From: an uncultured Gammaproteobacteria bacterium
GTDB lineage: Bacteria > Patescibacteriota > Patescibacteriia > UBA1558 > GWA2-36-10
Length of the DNA: 64,000 nucleotides
Reading direction: 5' to 3'
Assembly (NCBI GenBank): GCA_964515785.1
Contig: CAZEWH010000004.1
Coordinates: 3,105-67,104 of the forward strand
Position numbers and translations under genes: made by a program
In this document: one piece after another, positions 50,168 through 60,497 of the stretch
How positions within the stretch are numbered: the stretch's first letter is position 1
Layout of the letters: the number at the start of each line of letters is the position of its first letter
The notes under the pieces: generated by a model
Seen by the model: only the letters and a program-made list of their open reading frames with translations
Databases searched by the model: none
Told to the model about the DNA's origin: nothing

Positions 50168-50749
50168 TTATAGTTTAGTATTTTGTCTAAGTAATTCTTC
50201 TTTAAATTGCTGCTTGGCTCTATTGATCAGAGTAGCAACTGTACCCATAGGTTTTTGTAAAATATCAGCAATTTCTTTATAGCTTTTATCTTCCAAAAAT
50301 TTTAAAATTAATACTTCTTGATATTTTTTATCTAATTTAGATAAAATTTGCTTTAGATGTTTTTGTAGATATTTTTGATCAACTTCTTGATTTAAATCAA
50401 AATCATCAGAAATATTATTGAGAATTTGATCATCTATATCCCAAGTAATAGTTTGAGGCCTAGCTTTAGTTTTACGCCAATAGCTAATTACTTCATTATG
50501 AGCAATACGATAAATCCAAGAAGAAAATTTTAATTTTTTATCAAAATTATTAATATTTTGATAAGCTTTAATAAAAGACTCTTGTAAAATATCTTCAGCC
50601 TCTTCATGACTTATATTTGATAAACGTTTGATATAACGCAATAATTTAGTTTCATAGCGTTGCATCAAATACAAAAAATTATCCTGGCTTTTTAGAGTCA
50701 GGTCAAGCAATTGCTGATCTGTTAATTTGTCTGGCTGAATATAAGACAT
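50168..50749 (-). CDS. ECF RNA polymerase sigma factor (SigW-like)
   Basis: AEDILQESF, FSSWIYRIAHN, SYKEIADILQKPMGTV. Confidence 0.92.
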   Translation of the reverse strand: MSYIQPDKLTDQQLLDLTLKSQDNFLYLMQRYETKLLRYIKRLSNISHEEAEDILQESFIKAYQNINNFDKKLKFSSWIYRIAHNEVISYWRKTKARPQTITWDIDDQILNNISDDFDLNQEVDQKYLQKHLKQILSKLDKKYQEVLILKFLEDKSYKEIADILQKPMGTVATLINRAKQQFKEELLRQNTKL

Positions 50750-50775
50750 TATATAATAAAGCTATCTATACTTAA

Positions 50776-50802
50776 TACGTATAGTATAGCACTTTTCTTT
50801 CA
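50776..50802 (-). promoter_or_regulatory. putative ECF autoregulatory promoter
   Basis: TGAAAG-17-CGTA, resembling the SigW-type TGAAAC...CGTA. Confidence 0.5.
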
Positions 50803-50873
50803 TTGACAAACTTCTAAACTTACACTAATATATACCATTGTTAAGATCTTTTAACTAAACCCTGAGGTGAGGA

Positions 50874-51269
50874 ATGGAACAACTAGCACAATATAAGGAT
50901 ATTATTATCCTGGCTCTGGTTGCTATTGCTGTGCTAATGACAGCCGTTATCCTCTTGACCAGGCGTTCTTATAGCAAGGTCATCCGCAAAGGCCAACGTT
51001 GTACTCTGCGCTTTGATGGTATTACTGCCAAAGTTTTTCTGGCTAATACTTGGAAAGATTTTGGCAATAGAATGAGCTATCAACTGGTCTTTAGCATTAG
51101 AGGCCGCGGTGTCAATATGGTCGAACAATCAACCAGAATAAATTCTGGTAGCAACGCTGCTGTCATCTATCCCCGCTCTTGGGACACTGGCAAATGGCGT
51201 TGGCAATTGACTGGCCAGAGAGCTGGCAAAAATCGCTTACGTGTTGAACTTAACAAAAAACCCCGATAA
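50874..51269 (+). CDS. hypothetical membrane-anchored protein (orphan unit)
   Basis: TTGACA-17-TAATAT, SD GAGGTG, TM helix, terminator at about 51257-51284. Confidence 0.75.
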   Translation: MEQLAQYKDIIILALVAIAVLMTAVILLTRRSYSKVIRKGQRCTLRFDGITAKVFLANTWKDFGNRMSYQLVFSIRGRGVNMVEQSTRINSGSNAAVIYPRSWDTGKWRWQLTGQRAGKNRLRVELNKKPR

Positions 51270-51287
51270 TCTATCGGGGTTTTTCTT

Positions 51288-53423
51288 TTAAAGCTTGCCT
51301 CGTTTTATCCTCAGACTATTGGTCACTACCGATACACTACTAAAACTCATAGCAGCAGCTGCAATCATTGGATTGAGCAAACCTATAGCTGCCAATGGTA
51401 TAGCAATAATATTATAGATAAAAGCAAAAAATAAATTTTGCTTAATAGTGCTAAAAGTTTTTTTAGATAAATTGATAGCACTAATAACTTTACTTGGATC
51501 ACTATTCATCAACACTATATTACCGCTCTCCATAGCTATATCTGTGCCGCCACCTATGGCAATACCAATATCTGCTTTGGTCAGAGCTGGAGCATCATTG
51601 ATACCATCGCCTACAAAAGCAACTATCTTGCCTTGCTCTTGTAATTCGATAATCTTGGCTACTTTTTGATCAGGTAAAACTTCCGCCATAATATTTTTGA
51701 TACCCAAATCTTTGGCAATAGCCTGAGCTGTTAATTTGTGATCACCGGTCAACATATAAACTTCAGTACCTTGTTGCAAATCAGCCACTGCTTGCTTGGA
51801 TTGTTCTCTGATAACATCAGCTACAGCTATTACTCCCATTACTTGATTGTCTTTAATAAAATAAATAGGAGTCTTGCCTTGGCTAGCATAATCTTGAAAA
51901 ACTTTTTGATAATCTGCATAGGCTGTTGTTTGCAAATTTTTTAATAGTTCTGTATTACCTAAATAAATTTCCTGATTATCTACTAAGCCTTTGATGCCCT
52001 TGCCTTTGATAGCCTCTACCTGGCTAGCTTTCTTGAGATCCAGCTTATTGTCTTTGGCATATTTTACAAAAGCATTAGCCAAAGAATGTTCACTGCTAAC
52101 TTCTAGCGAACAAGTCAAAATCATTAACTGACTAGAAGACATATTATCAGATTTTATATCTGTGATACTTGGTTGACCTTTGGTCAAGGTGCCGGTTTTG
52201 TCAAAAACAACTGCATCTATTTTATGAGCAATTTCCAAGCTTTGTGAATCTTTGATCAAAATACCGTTGCTAGCACCCTTGCCTGAACCAACCATGATAG
52301 CAGTCGGCGTAGCTAGACCTAGAGCACAAGGACAAGCAATCACAATCACTGCCACAGCATTGAGCAAGCTAATTTCAAAACTAGAGCCTATCAACCAAAA
52401 CCAAATTACAAAAGTCAAAACAGATATTATAATAACTATTGGCACAAAAATTCCAGATACTTTGTCAGCTAATTTTTGGATAGGAGCCTTGGAAGCTTGA
52501 GCATCTTCAACTAGCTTGATAATCTGAGCCAAGACAGTACCTTGACCAATTTTGGTTACTTTAATTTTTATAGCACCTTGATTGTTGATAGTTGCTCCAT
52601 AGACAGGACTACCTACTTTTTTATCAATAGGGATACTTTCGCCAGTTAGCATTGATTCATCAATAGAAGTCTCGCCTTCTATAATCTCACCATCTAGTGG
52701 AATCTTTTCACCTGGTTTTACTAAAACTACGTCGTTGATTTTGATATTTTTAATATCTGTTTTTTGCTCTTTATTATCTATCAAGACCGTAGCTTGTTTG
52801 ACTCCCAATGATAATAATTTTTTGATAGCTGTTGAAGCCCGTCCTTTACTTTTGGTTTCAAAATATTTACCCAGCAAAATAAGAGTAATAATAGTAGCCG
52901 CTGTTTCAAAATAAACATGCTGTTCAACAAACATAGCATACAAACTATAAAAGAAAGCCGACAAAGTACCGATTGAGATCAAAGTATCCATATTTGATCG
53001 AAATTGCTTGAGCTGAGATAACATACCTTTGTGAAATTGCCACCCTATGATAAACACCACTACAAAAGCTAAGGCAGCCATAATCCATTGAGCTGAATCT
53101 ATAGCCGGCATATAAAACATAGAAGCAAATAACGGCAAAGTAAAAATCAATGACCAAACAAATTGATAATAAGACTTTTTGGTCATATCAGATTCTGTGT
53201 ATTGATCACCTTCATCTATGACTTTGTAGTCTCCAGCTTGGGAAATAACTTCTACCAGATCATTTCGACTGATTTTCTGAATATCAAACTCTACTTTAGC
53301 TTGATTATTAGCATAATTAACATTAGCATTTTTAACACCTGGCTGTTTTTTGATTGACTTTTCAATATTCAAAGCACAGGAAGCACAATGCATACCTGCT
53401 ATTTTTAAATTTATATTTTCCAT
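51288..53423 (-). CDS. copA: copper-translocating P1B-type ATPase
   Basis: [30 protein letters not shown]. Confidence 0.93.
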   Translation of the reverse strand: MENINLKIAGMHCASCALNIEKSIKKQPGVKNANVNYANNQAKVEFDIQKISRNDLVEVISQAGDYKVIDEGDQYTESDMTKKSYYQFVWSLIFTLPLFASMFYMPAIDSAQWIMAALAFVVVFIIGWQFHKGMLSQLKQFRSNMDTLISIGTLSAFFYSLYAMFVEQHVYFETAATIITLILLGKYFETKSKGRASTAIKKLLSLGVKQATVLIDNKEQKTDIKNIKINDVVLVKPGEKIPLDGEIIEGETSIDESMLTGESIPIDKKVGSPVYGATINNQGAIKIKVTKIGQGTVLAQIIKLVEDAQASKAPIQKLADKVSGIFVPIVIIISVLTFVIWFWLIGSSFEISLLNAVAVIVIACPCALGLATPTAIMVGSGKGASNGILIKDSQSLEIAHKIDAVVFDKTGTLTKGQPSITDIKSDNMSSSQLMILTCSLEVSSEHSLANAFVKYAKDNKLDLKKASQVEAIKGKGIKGLVDNQEIYLGNTELLKNLQTTAYADYQKVFQDYASQGKTPIYFIKDNQVMGVIAVADVIREQSKQAVADLQQGTEVYMLTGDHKLTAQAIAKDLGIKNIMAEVLPDQKVAKIIELQEQGKIVAFVGDGINDAPALTKADIGIAIGGGTDIAMESGNIVLMNSDPSKVISAINLSKKTFSTIKQNLFFAFIYNIIAIPLAAIGLLNPMIAAAAMSFSSVSVVTNSLRIKRGKL

Positions 53424-53437
53424 AGTGTCTTAATTAG

Positions 53438-54769
53438 TTATTCTACAATGAATTTACCACGGACCATACCCATCCAACAACTAAAACTAATAGTACCAGG
53501 CTCTTGTGGCGTAAACTCAATAATATTTTGACCTGGATAAATATCTTGACGAATATTGAGATCTGGTACAATTATTTCATTGGTACAACCAGAAACTTGC
53601 TGGCCGTCTATAATCCATTTGACTGGTACGCCTGCCTGAAGTTTAAAAACATTAGGGCTATAGCCACGATAAGTAACTGCCATGTTAATTTCTTGGGCAT
53701 TAGCAGTTTTTACTACATTACCTACTTCTTTACTAGCCCAAAAATTGAGACTTATACCTTGGACAGCTAAACCTGAAGACAAAGTAAAAAATGCAAAAAC
53801 TAAAACAATTATTCCTATAGCTTTTTGTAAAACAATAGTCTTCATATTTTTAAAACGCGTTGTAGCTACACCTAAACCAAACAAAACTGGTGTAGTACCT
53901 AAAGCAAAAAGTAATAATGTCATAGCTCCGGTCCAAAAATTACTTGAAGCCATAGCAAAGAGCTGCATGCTCTGTGTAAAACCACAAGGCAAAAAGAAAG
54001 TAAAAGCACCTAAAACAACTGGTGCTAGGGCATGTTCTGACTTTTGTAATTTTTTCCAGGCTCTCATACTTTTTTTGGGCATCCTAATACCTAGAGTACT
54101 GAGTGATGGTACAAAACCCAAAATATTTAAGGCTAACCATAATAAAATGATGGCAATCAAGACTGTAAACCAACTCATAAATATTTCGGAAATACTAAAC
54201 CATGAACCGACCATACCTAATATTCCTCCTAGAACAAAAAAAGTTGCTAGACGTCCTATATGAAATAATAAATGAGGCTTTAAGTTTCTATTATAAAAGC
54301 TGCCCTTGGCTTGATACTTGCTAGCAAAAGACATTACCACTGCTCCAACAACTACCAAACAACTAGATACTGAAGCTACAATACCAATAAGAAGTGCAGC
54401 TCCATAATTTATATTACTAGTATCAACTTGGACCCAATCTAATAATCCAATCCATTGTAAATATTTATAAACTAGATATAAACCAATAACTATCAAGATA
54501 GAATATAACCACTGTTCTGCTGTTGTCTTATTTTTTGGTTTTATTATCGGCTCCAATGAAGCTTCATAACCAAGATCTTCTATCTTAGAAATAATCTCTG
54601 ACCAAGATAATTGATCATTACCATAATCTATCTTGGCTATGCCTTCACGATGATTTATTTTAACATATTTAATACTATCTATTTCTTGTAAGGAATCAGA
54701 AATCAAAACCTCACAAGATGTACAAGTCATACCAGAAATATAGATATTTTTATTATGTTTATTTTTCAT
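53438..54769 (-). CDS. HMA + DsbD_2/TauE-like membrane + cupredoxin protein
   Basis: GMTCTSC, SSC, LPCG, FSCWMGM. Confidence 0.85.
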   Translation of the reverse strand: MKNKHNKNIYISGMTCTSCEVLISDSLQEIDSIKYVKINHREGIAKIDYGNDQLSWSEIISKIEDLGYEASLEPIIKPKNKTTAEQWLYSILIVIGLYLVYKYLQWIGLLDWVQVDTSNINYGAALLIGIVASVSSCLVVVGAVVMSFASKYQAKGSFYNRNLKPHLLFHIGRLATFFVLGGILGMVGSWFSISEIFMSWFTVLIAIILLWLALNILGFVPSLSTLGIRMPKKSMRAWKKLQKSEHALAPVVLGAFTFFLPCGFTQSMQLFAMASSNFWTGAMTLLLFALGTTPVLFGLGVATTRFKNMKTIVLQKAIGIIVLVFAFFTLSSGLAVQGISLNFWASKEVGNVVKTANAQEINMAVTYRGYSPNVFKLQAGVPVKWIIDGQQVSGCTNEIIVPDLNIRQDIYPGQNIIEFTPQEPGTISFSCWMGMVRGKFIVE

Positions 54770-54788
54770 ATCTAAAATAAAAAATTAA

Positions 54789-55331
54789 TTAAATACGACA
54801 AGTTAAAGGATCCTGAATTTTTTTTGCTAAAAAATAAATTGAAAATAAAATCAGGAATAAACCAAGTATGCCAAATTCTATACCTCTCAAAGGTAAAAAT
54901 CCTAAAAAACCCACAGAAGCTGACAAGCCAAATAAATAAGCAAAAACTACTGAACCGCAAGAAGCACAACCAATACCCAATAAACTAATAAATGCTCCTA
55001 CGAAACCAGCATCAGTCAAACTAATTGACTTTAATCTTCTTCTTAAAAAGAAAATAAACATAGCAATATTAAGACCACTTAATACAGAGACTAATAAAGT
55101 CAACCAAAAACTAAAAACTGAAGTATTGTTTTTAAAAAATATAAAAGCAATTGACACTGGGTTGTTTTGTAAAGACCAGTCAAAGGCTTCATAAGACCAA
55201 AATAATTTTAATAGCTGTATACTTGGCAAATAAATAGCTAAAGCAAAAAATAACAAAGCCACTAAACAAGCTAATAGAATATATTTTGTTTTGCTAAAAA
55301 CTATTGAAAATGATTTAAAGAATTTAAACAT
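54789..55331 (-). CDS. membrane protein with GCASC motif
   Basis: Multi-TM, GIGCASCG. Confidence 0.7.
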   Translation of the reverse strand: MFKFFKSFSIVFSKTKYILLACLVALLFFALAIYLPSIQLLKLFWSYEAFDWSLQNNPVSIAFIFFKNNTSVFSFWLTLLVSVLSGLNIAMFIFFLRRRLKSISLTDAGFVGAFISLLGIGCASCGSVVFAYLFGLSASVGFLGFLPLRGIEFGILGLFLILFSIYFLAKKIQDPLTCRI

Positions 55332-55349
55332 ACTTGGTTATTTATTAAA

Positions 55350-56087
55350 TTATAATACTTGATCAATCAAACTTTTAACCTGTTCAAATGGTAAAGCACC
55401 ATTGATAGGAATAGTCTGACCATCTACTACAATTATACTATGAGGTGTACCACGTCCACCAGCTGCCTGAGCCTGCCCAGAGTGATCCCTGACTTTGTCA
55501 GCATATCTACCAGAATCTAAACATTCTTGAAAATCACTCTGATTAATACCAAGATTAGACGCAGCAGTAGCTAAATTAGCCACTGAAGTTGATTCAGCAA
55601 ATAACTTATCCAAATATTGCCAAAATTTATCGTTACCGCCCAATTCACCAACACATTCAGTAGCTTCAGCTTTTTTGCTAGCATCGGGATGCAAGCTAGT
55701 CAAAGGAAAATGGCGATAAACCCAATTAACCTGTCCATTGTAGGCATCCAAAACTTGTTTCATAGTATTGTGAAATCTTTCACAAAAGGGACAATCAATA
55801 TCAGAAAATTCTATGATACTCATTGGAGCATTTTTATCTCCCCTAAGCCAATCATCATTACTAACCGGCTGGATAGCAATACCATCATCACCTTTGATAG
55901 CTACTTGCTCTGTATTCTTATTTTTATTATTACCAGTAAATGATGGTTCATCTTTCTTTATAAACATGCCTAATAAAACAAAAAATCCAATCACAAATAC
56001 TACCACTAGACTAGTTAATATTCCTAAGCGAAAAGCAGATTTCGGTTTAAGGCTTGAAATAAAATTTCTATTATTTTTATGTTCCAT
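55350..56087 (-). CDS. DsbA family thiol-disulfide oxidoreductase
   Basis: EFSDIDCPFC, RHFPL, GTP. Confidence 0.9.
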   Translation of the reverse strand: MEHKNNRNFISSLKPKSAFRLGILTSLVVVFVIGFFVLLGMFIKKDEPSFTGNNKNKNTEQVAIKGDDGIAIQPVSNDDWLRGDKNAPMSIIEFSDIDCPFCERFHNTMKQVLDAYNGQVNWVYRHFPLTSLHPDASKKAEATECVGELGGNDKFWQYLDKLFAESTSVANLATAASNLGINQSDFQECLDSGRYADKVRDHSGQAQAAGGRGTPHSIIVVDGQTIPINGALPFEQVKSLIDQVL

Positions 56088-56179
56088 ATATTTAAATTAA
56101 TATTAATTAAATTATTTTTAGATAACAAAAAAACCTTACTTTTTAGATAACAAAAATAAGTAAAGTTATAGAAAAAAAC

Positions 56180-56560
56180 TTAGTAAATTTTAGGATGCAA
56201 AATTCCTCTAGAAAATAAAAAAACAAACTTGTCAAACAACCTAAAACCTCCATATCTATCGCGAATAGCTAAATAATATTTTCTAAAACTTAGATTATTA
56301 AATAGTCTATTTTGAATAGCAAAAACCAGAAGAAAAACAAATGCAGTAAACTGTAATAAATTATTATTTGACAATATAAATGGCAGATTATGATTACTAT
56401 GTCCAGAGCTCTGTAAAGTTTCCATATTACAACATTCAGCAGACATCATATCACCAGCCAAAGCACTCTGGGCAGCAAATAAACAACCAAATATAAAACT
56501 AATCAAAAAACCAGCAAATAATATAATCACAAATATTCTGTTTTTAAATATTTTTTGCAT
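56180..56560 (-). CDS. hypothetical membrane protein heading the metal cluster
   Basis: Two hydrophobic segments, CC/His linker, ends RGILHPKIY. Confidence 0.6.
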   Translation of the reverse strand: MQKIFKNRIFVIILFAGFLISFIFGCLFAAQSALAGDMMSAECCNMETLQSSGHSNHNLPFILSNNNLLQFTAFVFLLVFAIQNRLFNNLSFRKYYLAIRDRYGGFRLFDKFVFLFSRGILHPKIY

Positions 56561-56673
56561 TAGGTATATTATAAGCAAAAACTATAAAAAAGTAAAATAC
56601 TCATTGACATCAAGTCTATTTGATGATAAAAATCATACAATTGTTCAAGTTCATTTCACCACAAGGAGGAATT

Positions 56674-57216
56674 ATGCCCCAGAGTCTCCCAGATGGCTGT
56701 ACTGTGCTTTTTCAGGAAGATCAGATTAAAGACAAGGTTGAGTTAATTGCTCAACAGCTGACCGAAAAATTTGATGGCCAGCGTCCAATTGTTTTGATTA
56801 CGCTCAAGGGTGGTTTTGTTTTTGCTGCTCATCTCATCCAAAACATGAACATCAATTTGGATGTAGCTTTCGTTGAACCATCTAGCTACAAAGATGGAGA
56901 CAAGTCTAGTGGTCAAGTTGATATCCTTATGGATATCCATGATGATTTAGCTAATCGTCATGTCATTATTGTCGAAGATGTCATCGACAGTGGACTGACT
57001 ACTACCAAACTACTCAAATTAGTTAGGGACAAGGACCCTGCCTCTGTCACTATGGTGACTATGATCGATAAACCACACACTCATCCACCTATAAAAATCG
57101 ATTATTGTTGCCTAATCTATAAAGGCAATGACTTCCTGATAGGCTGGGGCCTGGATTTTGGTCAAGATTATCGTAACCTACGTAACATCTTGTCTATGCC
57201 AAGACCAACAAGCTAA
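56674..57216 (+). CDS. hpt: hypoxanthine phosphoribosyltransferase
   Basis: LKGGF, SSY, IIVEDVIDSGLT, FLIGWGLD; start after AGGAGG. Confidence 0.9.
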   Translation: MPQSLPDGCTVLFQEDQIKDKVELIAQQLTEKFDGQRPIVLITLKGGFVFAAHLIQNMNINLDVAFVEPSSYKDGDKSSGQVDILMDIHDDLANRHVIIVEDVIDSGLTTTKLLKLVRDKDPASVTMVTMIDKPHTHPPIKIDYCCLIYKGNDFLIGWGLDFGQDYRNLRNILSMPRPTS

Positions 57217-57273
57217 AACAAAAACCCCTTCTCTCAAAAGAGAAGGGGTTTTAAAATAGAATCAAATTCTTGA

Positions 57274-57978
57274 TTAATTATTCATCTGGAAAAAAATATC
57301 TATAGATACATCATGAGAAGCTATGATCTCTTCTCTGTCTGTAATAATAGACCCATCTACAAAAGAATTAATATTATCTATAGCTAAAACAAAATCATAA
57401 TTAAAATTGTTTTTTTCAAAAGCATTGGTATCAATAAATTTTCTTTTATCACCATTATCAATATAGTAATAAAAATTATCATGACTAACCAAAGTGCCAG
57501 TTGGTAAAGTATCACTCAAATCTTGTCCTTTTATATAGGTAGAAGAAAAATACCCGGGAATAATATCTTGAACTATAGTATACCAAGATTCACCGTATAA
57601 ATTTATGGCTACTTCTTCTGAAGGAACCCAACGTAGTATCCCACCAGGTTCGACAGCATAAATTTTGTTGGTATAACTATGAGTAACTAGCATAGTACCA
57701 GCTCGATATGGCATAGCTCCACCATCAGGATAAAGATCCAACTCAGCAATATCTACTTTATTGACATTAGAAAAATCTTTGTACCAAGTAAAATATGTTT
57801 TGTCATCTGGAAAAACATATTTTTTGCCATCATTGGCTATATAATAAACTGCTGATCCTTCTACTCCTTCCAAAGCTAATAAATCACCAGTTGTAAAACT
57901 AGCTTCTTGAGCTTTGGAATTTGTCGGTAAAATAGGTAGACAAAAAATAATTAGAAATAATAAACAAAATTTTTTCAT
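57274..57978 (-). CDS. hypothetical secreted protein
   Basis: Signal peptide; AVYYIANDGKKYVFP...YFTWY repeat-type motif. Confidence 0.7.
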   Translation of the reverse strand: MKKFCLLFLIIFCLPILPTNSKAQEASFTTGDLLALEGVEGSAVYYIANDGKKYVFPDDKTYFTWYKDFSNVNKVDIAELDLYPDGGAMPYRAGTMLVTHSYTNKIYAVEPGGILRWVPSEEVAINLYGESWYTIVQDIIPGYFSSTYIKGQDLSDTLPTGTLVSHDNFYYYIDNGDKRKFIDTNAFEKNNFNYDFVLAIDNINSFVDGSIITDREEIIASHDVSIDIFFQMNN

Positions 57979-58027
57979 ATAATTATTCTAAATAATATAC
58001 TATATATTATAACATTAATATTTAATT

Positions 58028-58351
58028 TTAAACAATAAAGACAACAAAAATTACTAAAATGATAATCAATAACAACCAAAGAAAAGTATAACCCAAAATA
58101 CGCAAAGCTTGTTTGATTTTTTTATTGATAATCAAATAAATTGGTAAACCAAACAATAATACGCCAACCAAAGCAACTGAAAAAACCAACAAAGACAACA
58201 TCATAACTGCTATCAAAAAATCACTTTGTTCAAAGCTGGCTTGACTCATATAATTCATAAATGACGAGATGAGCGTCACATAAAGAGTCACTGCCAAAGC
58301 TTGAATCAAGCCGACATAGCTTGATGATAATTTTTTTAGCTTAAATTTCAT
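58028..58351 (-). CDS. hypothetical membrane protein
   Basis: 3 TM helices. Confidence 0.65.
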   Translation of the reverse strand: MKFKLKKLSSSYVGLIQALAVTLYVTLISSFMNYMSQASFEQSDFLIAVMMLSLLVFSVALVGVLLFGLPIYLIINKKIKQALRILGYTFLWLLLIIILVIFVVFIV

Positions 58352-58373
58352 ATTTTTATATTTAAAAAAATAA

Positions 58374-59138
58374 TTAATGTCCATGAGGTAATACTTGTCC
58401 AGCTAGATAGATCAATAAAACTCCAATCAACAACCAAATGGTATGATAAAAAATCTTACGAGGCTTTTCTTCGTGATGTAGTTCTGGAATCAAATCAGCT
58501 GTAGATAAATAAATAAAATTACCCGCTGCAAAAGCAATAATCAATGGCAGAGCAGCTTCAAACTTACTACCATAATAATAAAATACAAGTGCTCCAAATA
58601 CAGCAATCAAAGAAATCAATAAATTATACATAATAGCTTTGGTTTTACTCAAACCAGCATATAGTAACACTCCAAAATCTGAAATCTCTTGAGGAATTTC
58701 ATGTAATATCACAGCTAGAGTGACTAAAATACCAGCATTAAAATCAAGTAAAAAAGCAGAAGCAATCAAAGCGCCGTCTATAAAATTGTGAATAGCATCA
58801 CCAGCCAGATTAACAGCAATCAAAGATTTTTTATTATTAGCACAAGGTTTACCATGATCTTCACAACGACAATGATGCCAATGAAAAACTCTTTCTAGTA
58901 AAAAGAAAATAATAATACTAATCAATACTGTAGCAGTAATAGTGTGTGGGTCATAAATATCAGCATGAATTGCCTCTGGTAGTAGATCCAAAAAGGCTAC
59001 CCCCAATAAAGCACCAGCTGCTAGACTTATAATAGCCTTGAGAAAACTTTGTTTGTTTTCTTTTTTGAAGATAACTAAAATACCGATCAAAGAAATCAAA
59101 CTAACAATAATTGTGGCTAAAATAATGTTTAATAACAT
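58374..59138 (-). CDS. ZIP family metal transporter
   Basis: HNFIDG, HEIPQE, DLIPE, His-rich loop. Confidence 0.92.
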   Translation of the reverse strand: MLLNIILATIIVSLISLIGILVIFKKENKQSFLKAIISLAAGALLGVAFLDLLPEAIHADIYDPHTITATVLISIIIFFLLERVFHWHHCRCEDHGKPCANNKKSLIAVNLAGDAIHNFIDGALIASAFLLDFNAGILVTLAVILHEIPQEISDFGVLLYAGLSKTKAIMYNLLISLIAVFGALVFYYYGSKFEAALPLIIAFAAGNFIYLSTADLIPELHHEEKPRKIFYHTIWLLIGVLLIYLAGQVLPHGH

Positions 59139-59158
59139 AATATTAAAAATAAATTAAT

Positions 59159-59908
59159 TTACTTTATCATAGTGCCCTCTAATATATGGGCTGCTGGAGC
59201 TGGATCACCATCATCTGGCTCAATTGTTAAGACATAAAAATCATGATCAGTCAGATCTTGGTTTGAGATAAAAGTATTTTGGTAAGTACTTTCTAATTTT
59301 CTTGATTTTGCGGATCCAGTACTAATGACACTAAGTGGTTGTTTGCGTACTACCCAACCTTCATAAAAATATCCTGATTCAGGGTCTGGTAAATTATTAA
59401 AGTCAGCTACTAAAATATATTCTTGACCATTAAAATAAGCTCTGGCTGTACCGCTGGCTTCACCACCTGAGACATCAACCAAATCACCAAAATAGTCATA
59501 ACTAACATCCTTGACTACCCCATTAGTAACACTAAGTTCAAATTGTCTACCTTTAGCATCAGACAAATCAACATGCCAACAACCAGGACATCTGGCCGGT
59601 ATTACTTCTACAACCATTAAACCATAAATATCCTCATCAGCTGTCAGATATTCTACAGCTAACTTAGCTACTTGTTTTTTTTCTTTATTTAATCCAGGCT
59701 TAATACAAGCTTTGACCAGCTCATCATAGCTGTAGCCAAGCTCTGATAAACAACCAAAGTTGTTTTGTTCTCCGTCAATGGACTCTTCTATTGCATCCTC
59801 TGGCTGAGCTTGATTATTTGTATTTGATGGCAATTGTTCTTGCTTGACTATGTTGCAGCCAGCTCCCATAAGTAATGGGATAACTAAAATTAAAAATATT
59901 TTTTTCAT
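59159..59908 (-). CDS. lipoprotein with RskA-C-like domain
   Basis: Lipobox GAGC; LPDP...YEGW, LTIEP. Confidence 0.6.
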   Translation of the reverse strand: MKKIFLILVIPLLMGAGCNIVKQEQLPSNTNNQAQPEDAIEESIDGEQNNFGCLSELGYSYDELVKACIKPGLNKEKKQVAKLAVEYLTADEDIYGLMVVEVIPARCPGCWHVDLSDAKGRQFELSVTNGVVKDVSYDYFGDLVDVSGGEASGTARAYFNGQEYILVADFNNLPDPESGYFYEGWVVRKQPLSVISTGSAKSRKLESTYQNTFISNQDLTDHDFYVLTIEPDDGDPAPAAHILEGTMIK

Positions 59909-59917
59909 ATAATTTTG

Positions 59918-60403
59918 TTATTTGATTATGTTGACACTAGCCGGAAGATTTTCTTTTATCATATCAAGATCAAATTGTGAAATCTGATTACCAGCTAAAT
60001 TAAAAATTTTTAGATTTTGTAAATTACCCAATTCATGAGGTAAGCCTGTTAATTGATTATTTGATAAATCAAGCATTTCCAACTTATTTAATTGACCTAC
60101 TTCAGCTGGTACACCAGTCATTTGATTATCAGAAGCATCAAGAGAACGTAAATTTTGTAGATGTCGAATCTCGGCTGGCAAGGCACCTGTCAATTTATTA
60201 CCCGAAAGATCAAGTTCTTGTAAATTGGTTTGTGAAAAAACACTTTGTGAAACTTTTGTTAAGCCCTGATTACTCAAATCGAGCTTATTATTTGATTCTA
60301 TATTTGAAGAATCATTAATCCCATTATCATCAACTATTTTTATTTGGGTACAACTAGCCCCCATTAATAGAGGTAGTAGTAAAATCATAAATATTTTTTT
60401 CAT
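59918..60403 (-). CDS. leucine-rich-repeat lipoprotein
   Basis: GASC lipobox; LxxLDLSxNxLTGxPxE repeats. Confidence 0.88.
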   Translation of the reverse strand: MKKIFMILLLPLLMGASCTQIKIVDDNGINDSSNIESNNKLDLSNQGLTKVSQSVFSQTNLQELDLSGNKLTGALPAEIRHLQNLRSLDASDNQMTGVPAEVGQLNKLEMLDLSNNQLTGLPHELGNLQNLKIFNLAGNQISQFDLDMIKENLPASVNIIK

Positions 60404-60497
60404 AAATTTTGTACATAATTATATTAATATCAATAGCTTTATTATAACACAAAAATCCCTCTCTGAAGAGAAAGGGATTTTTGTCCTGTCAGGGTCT

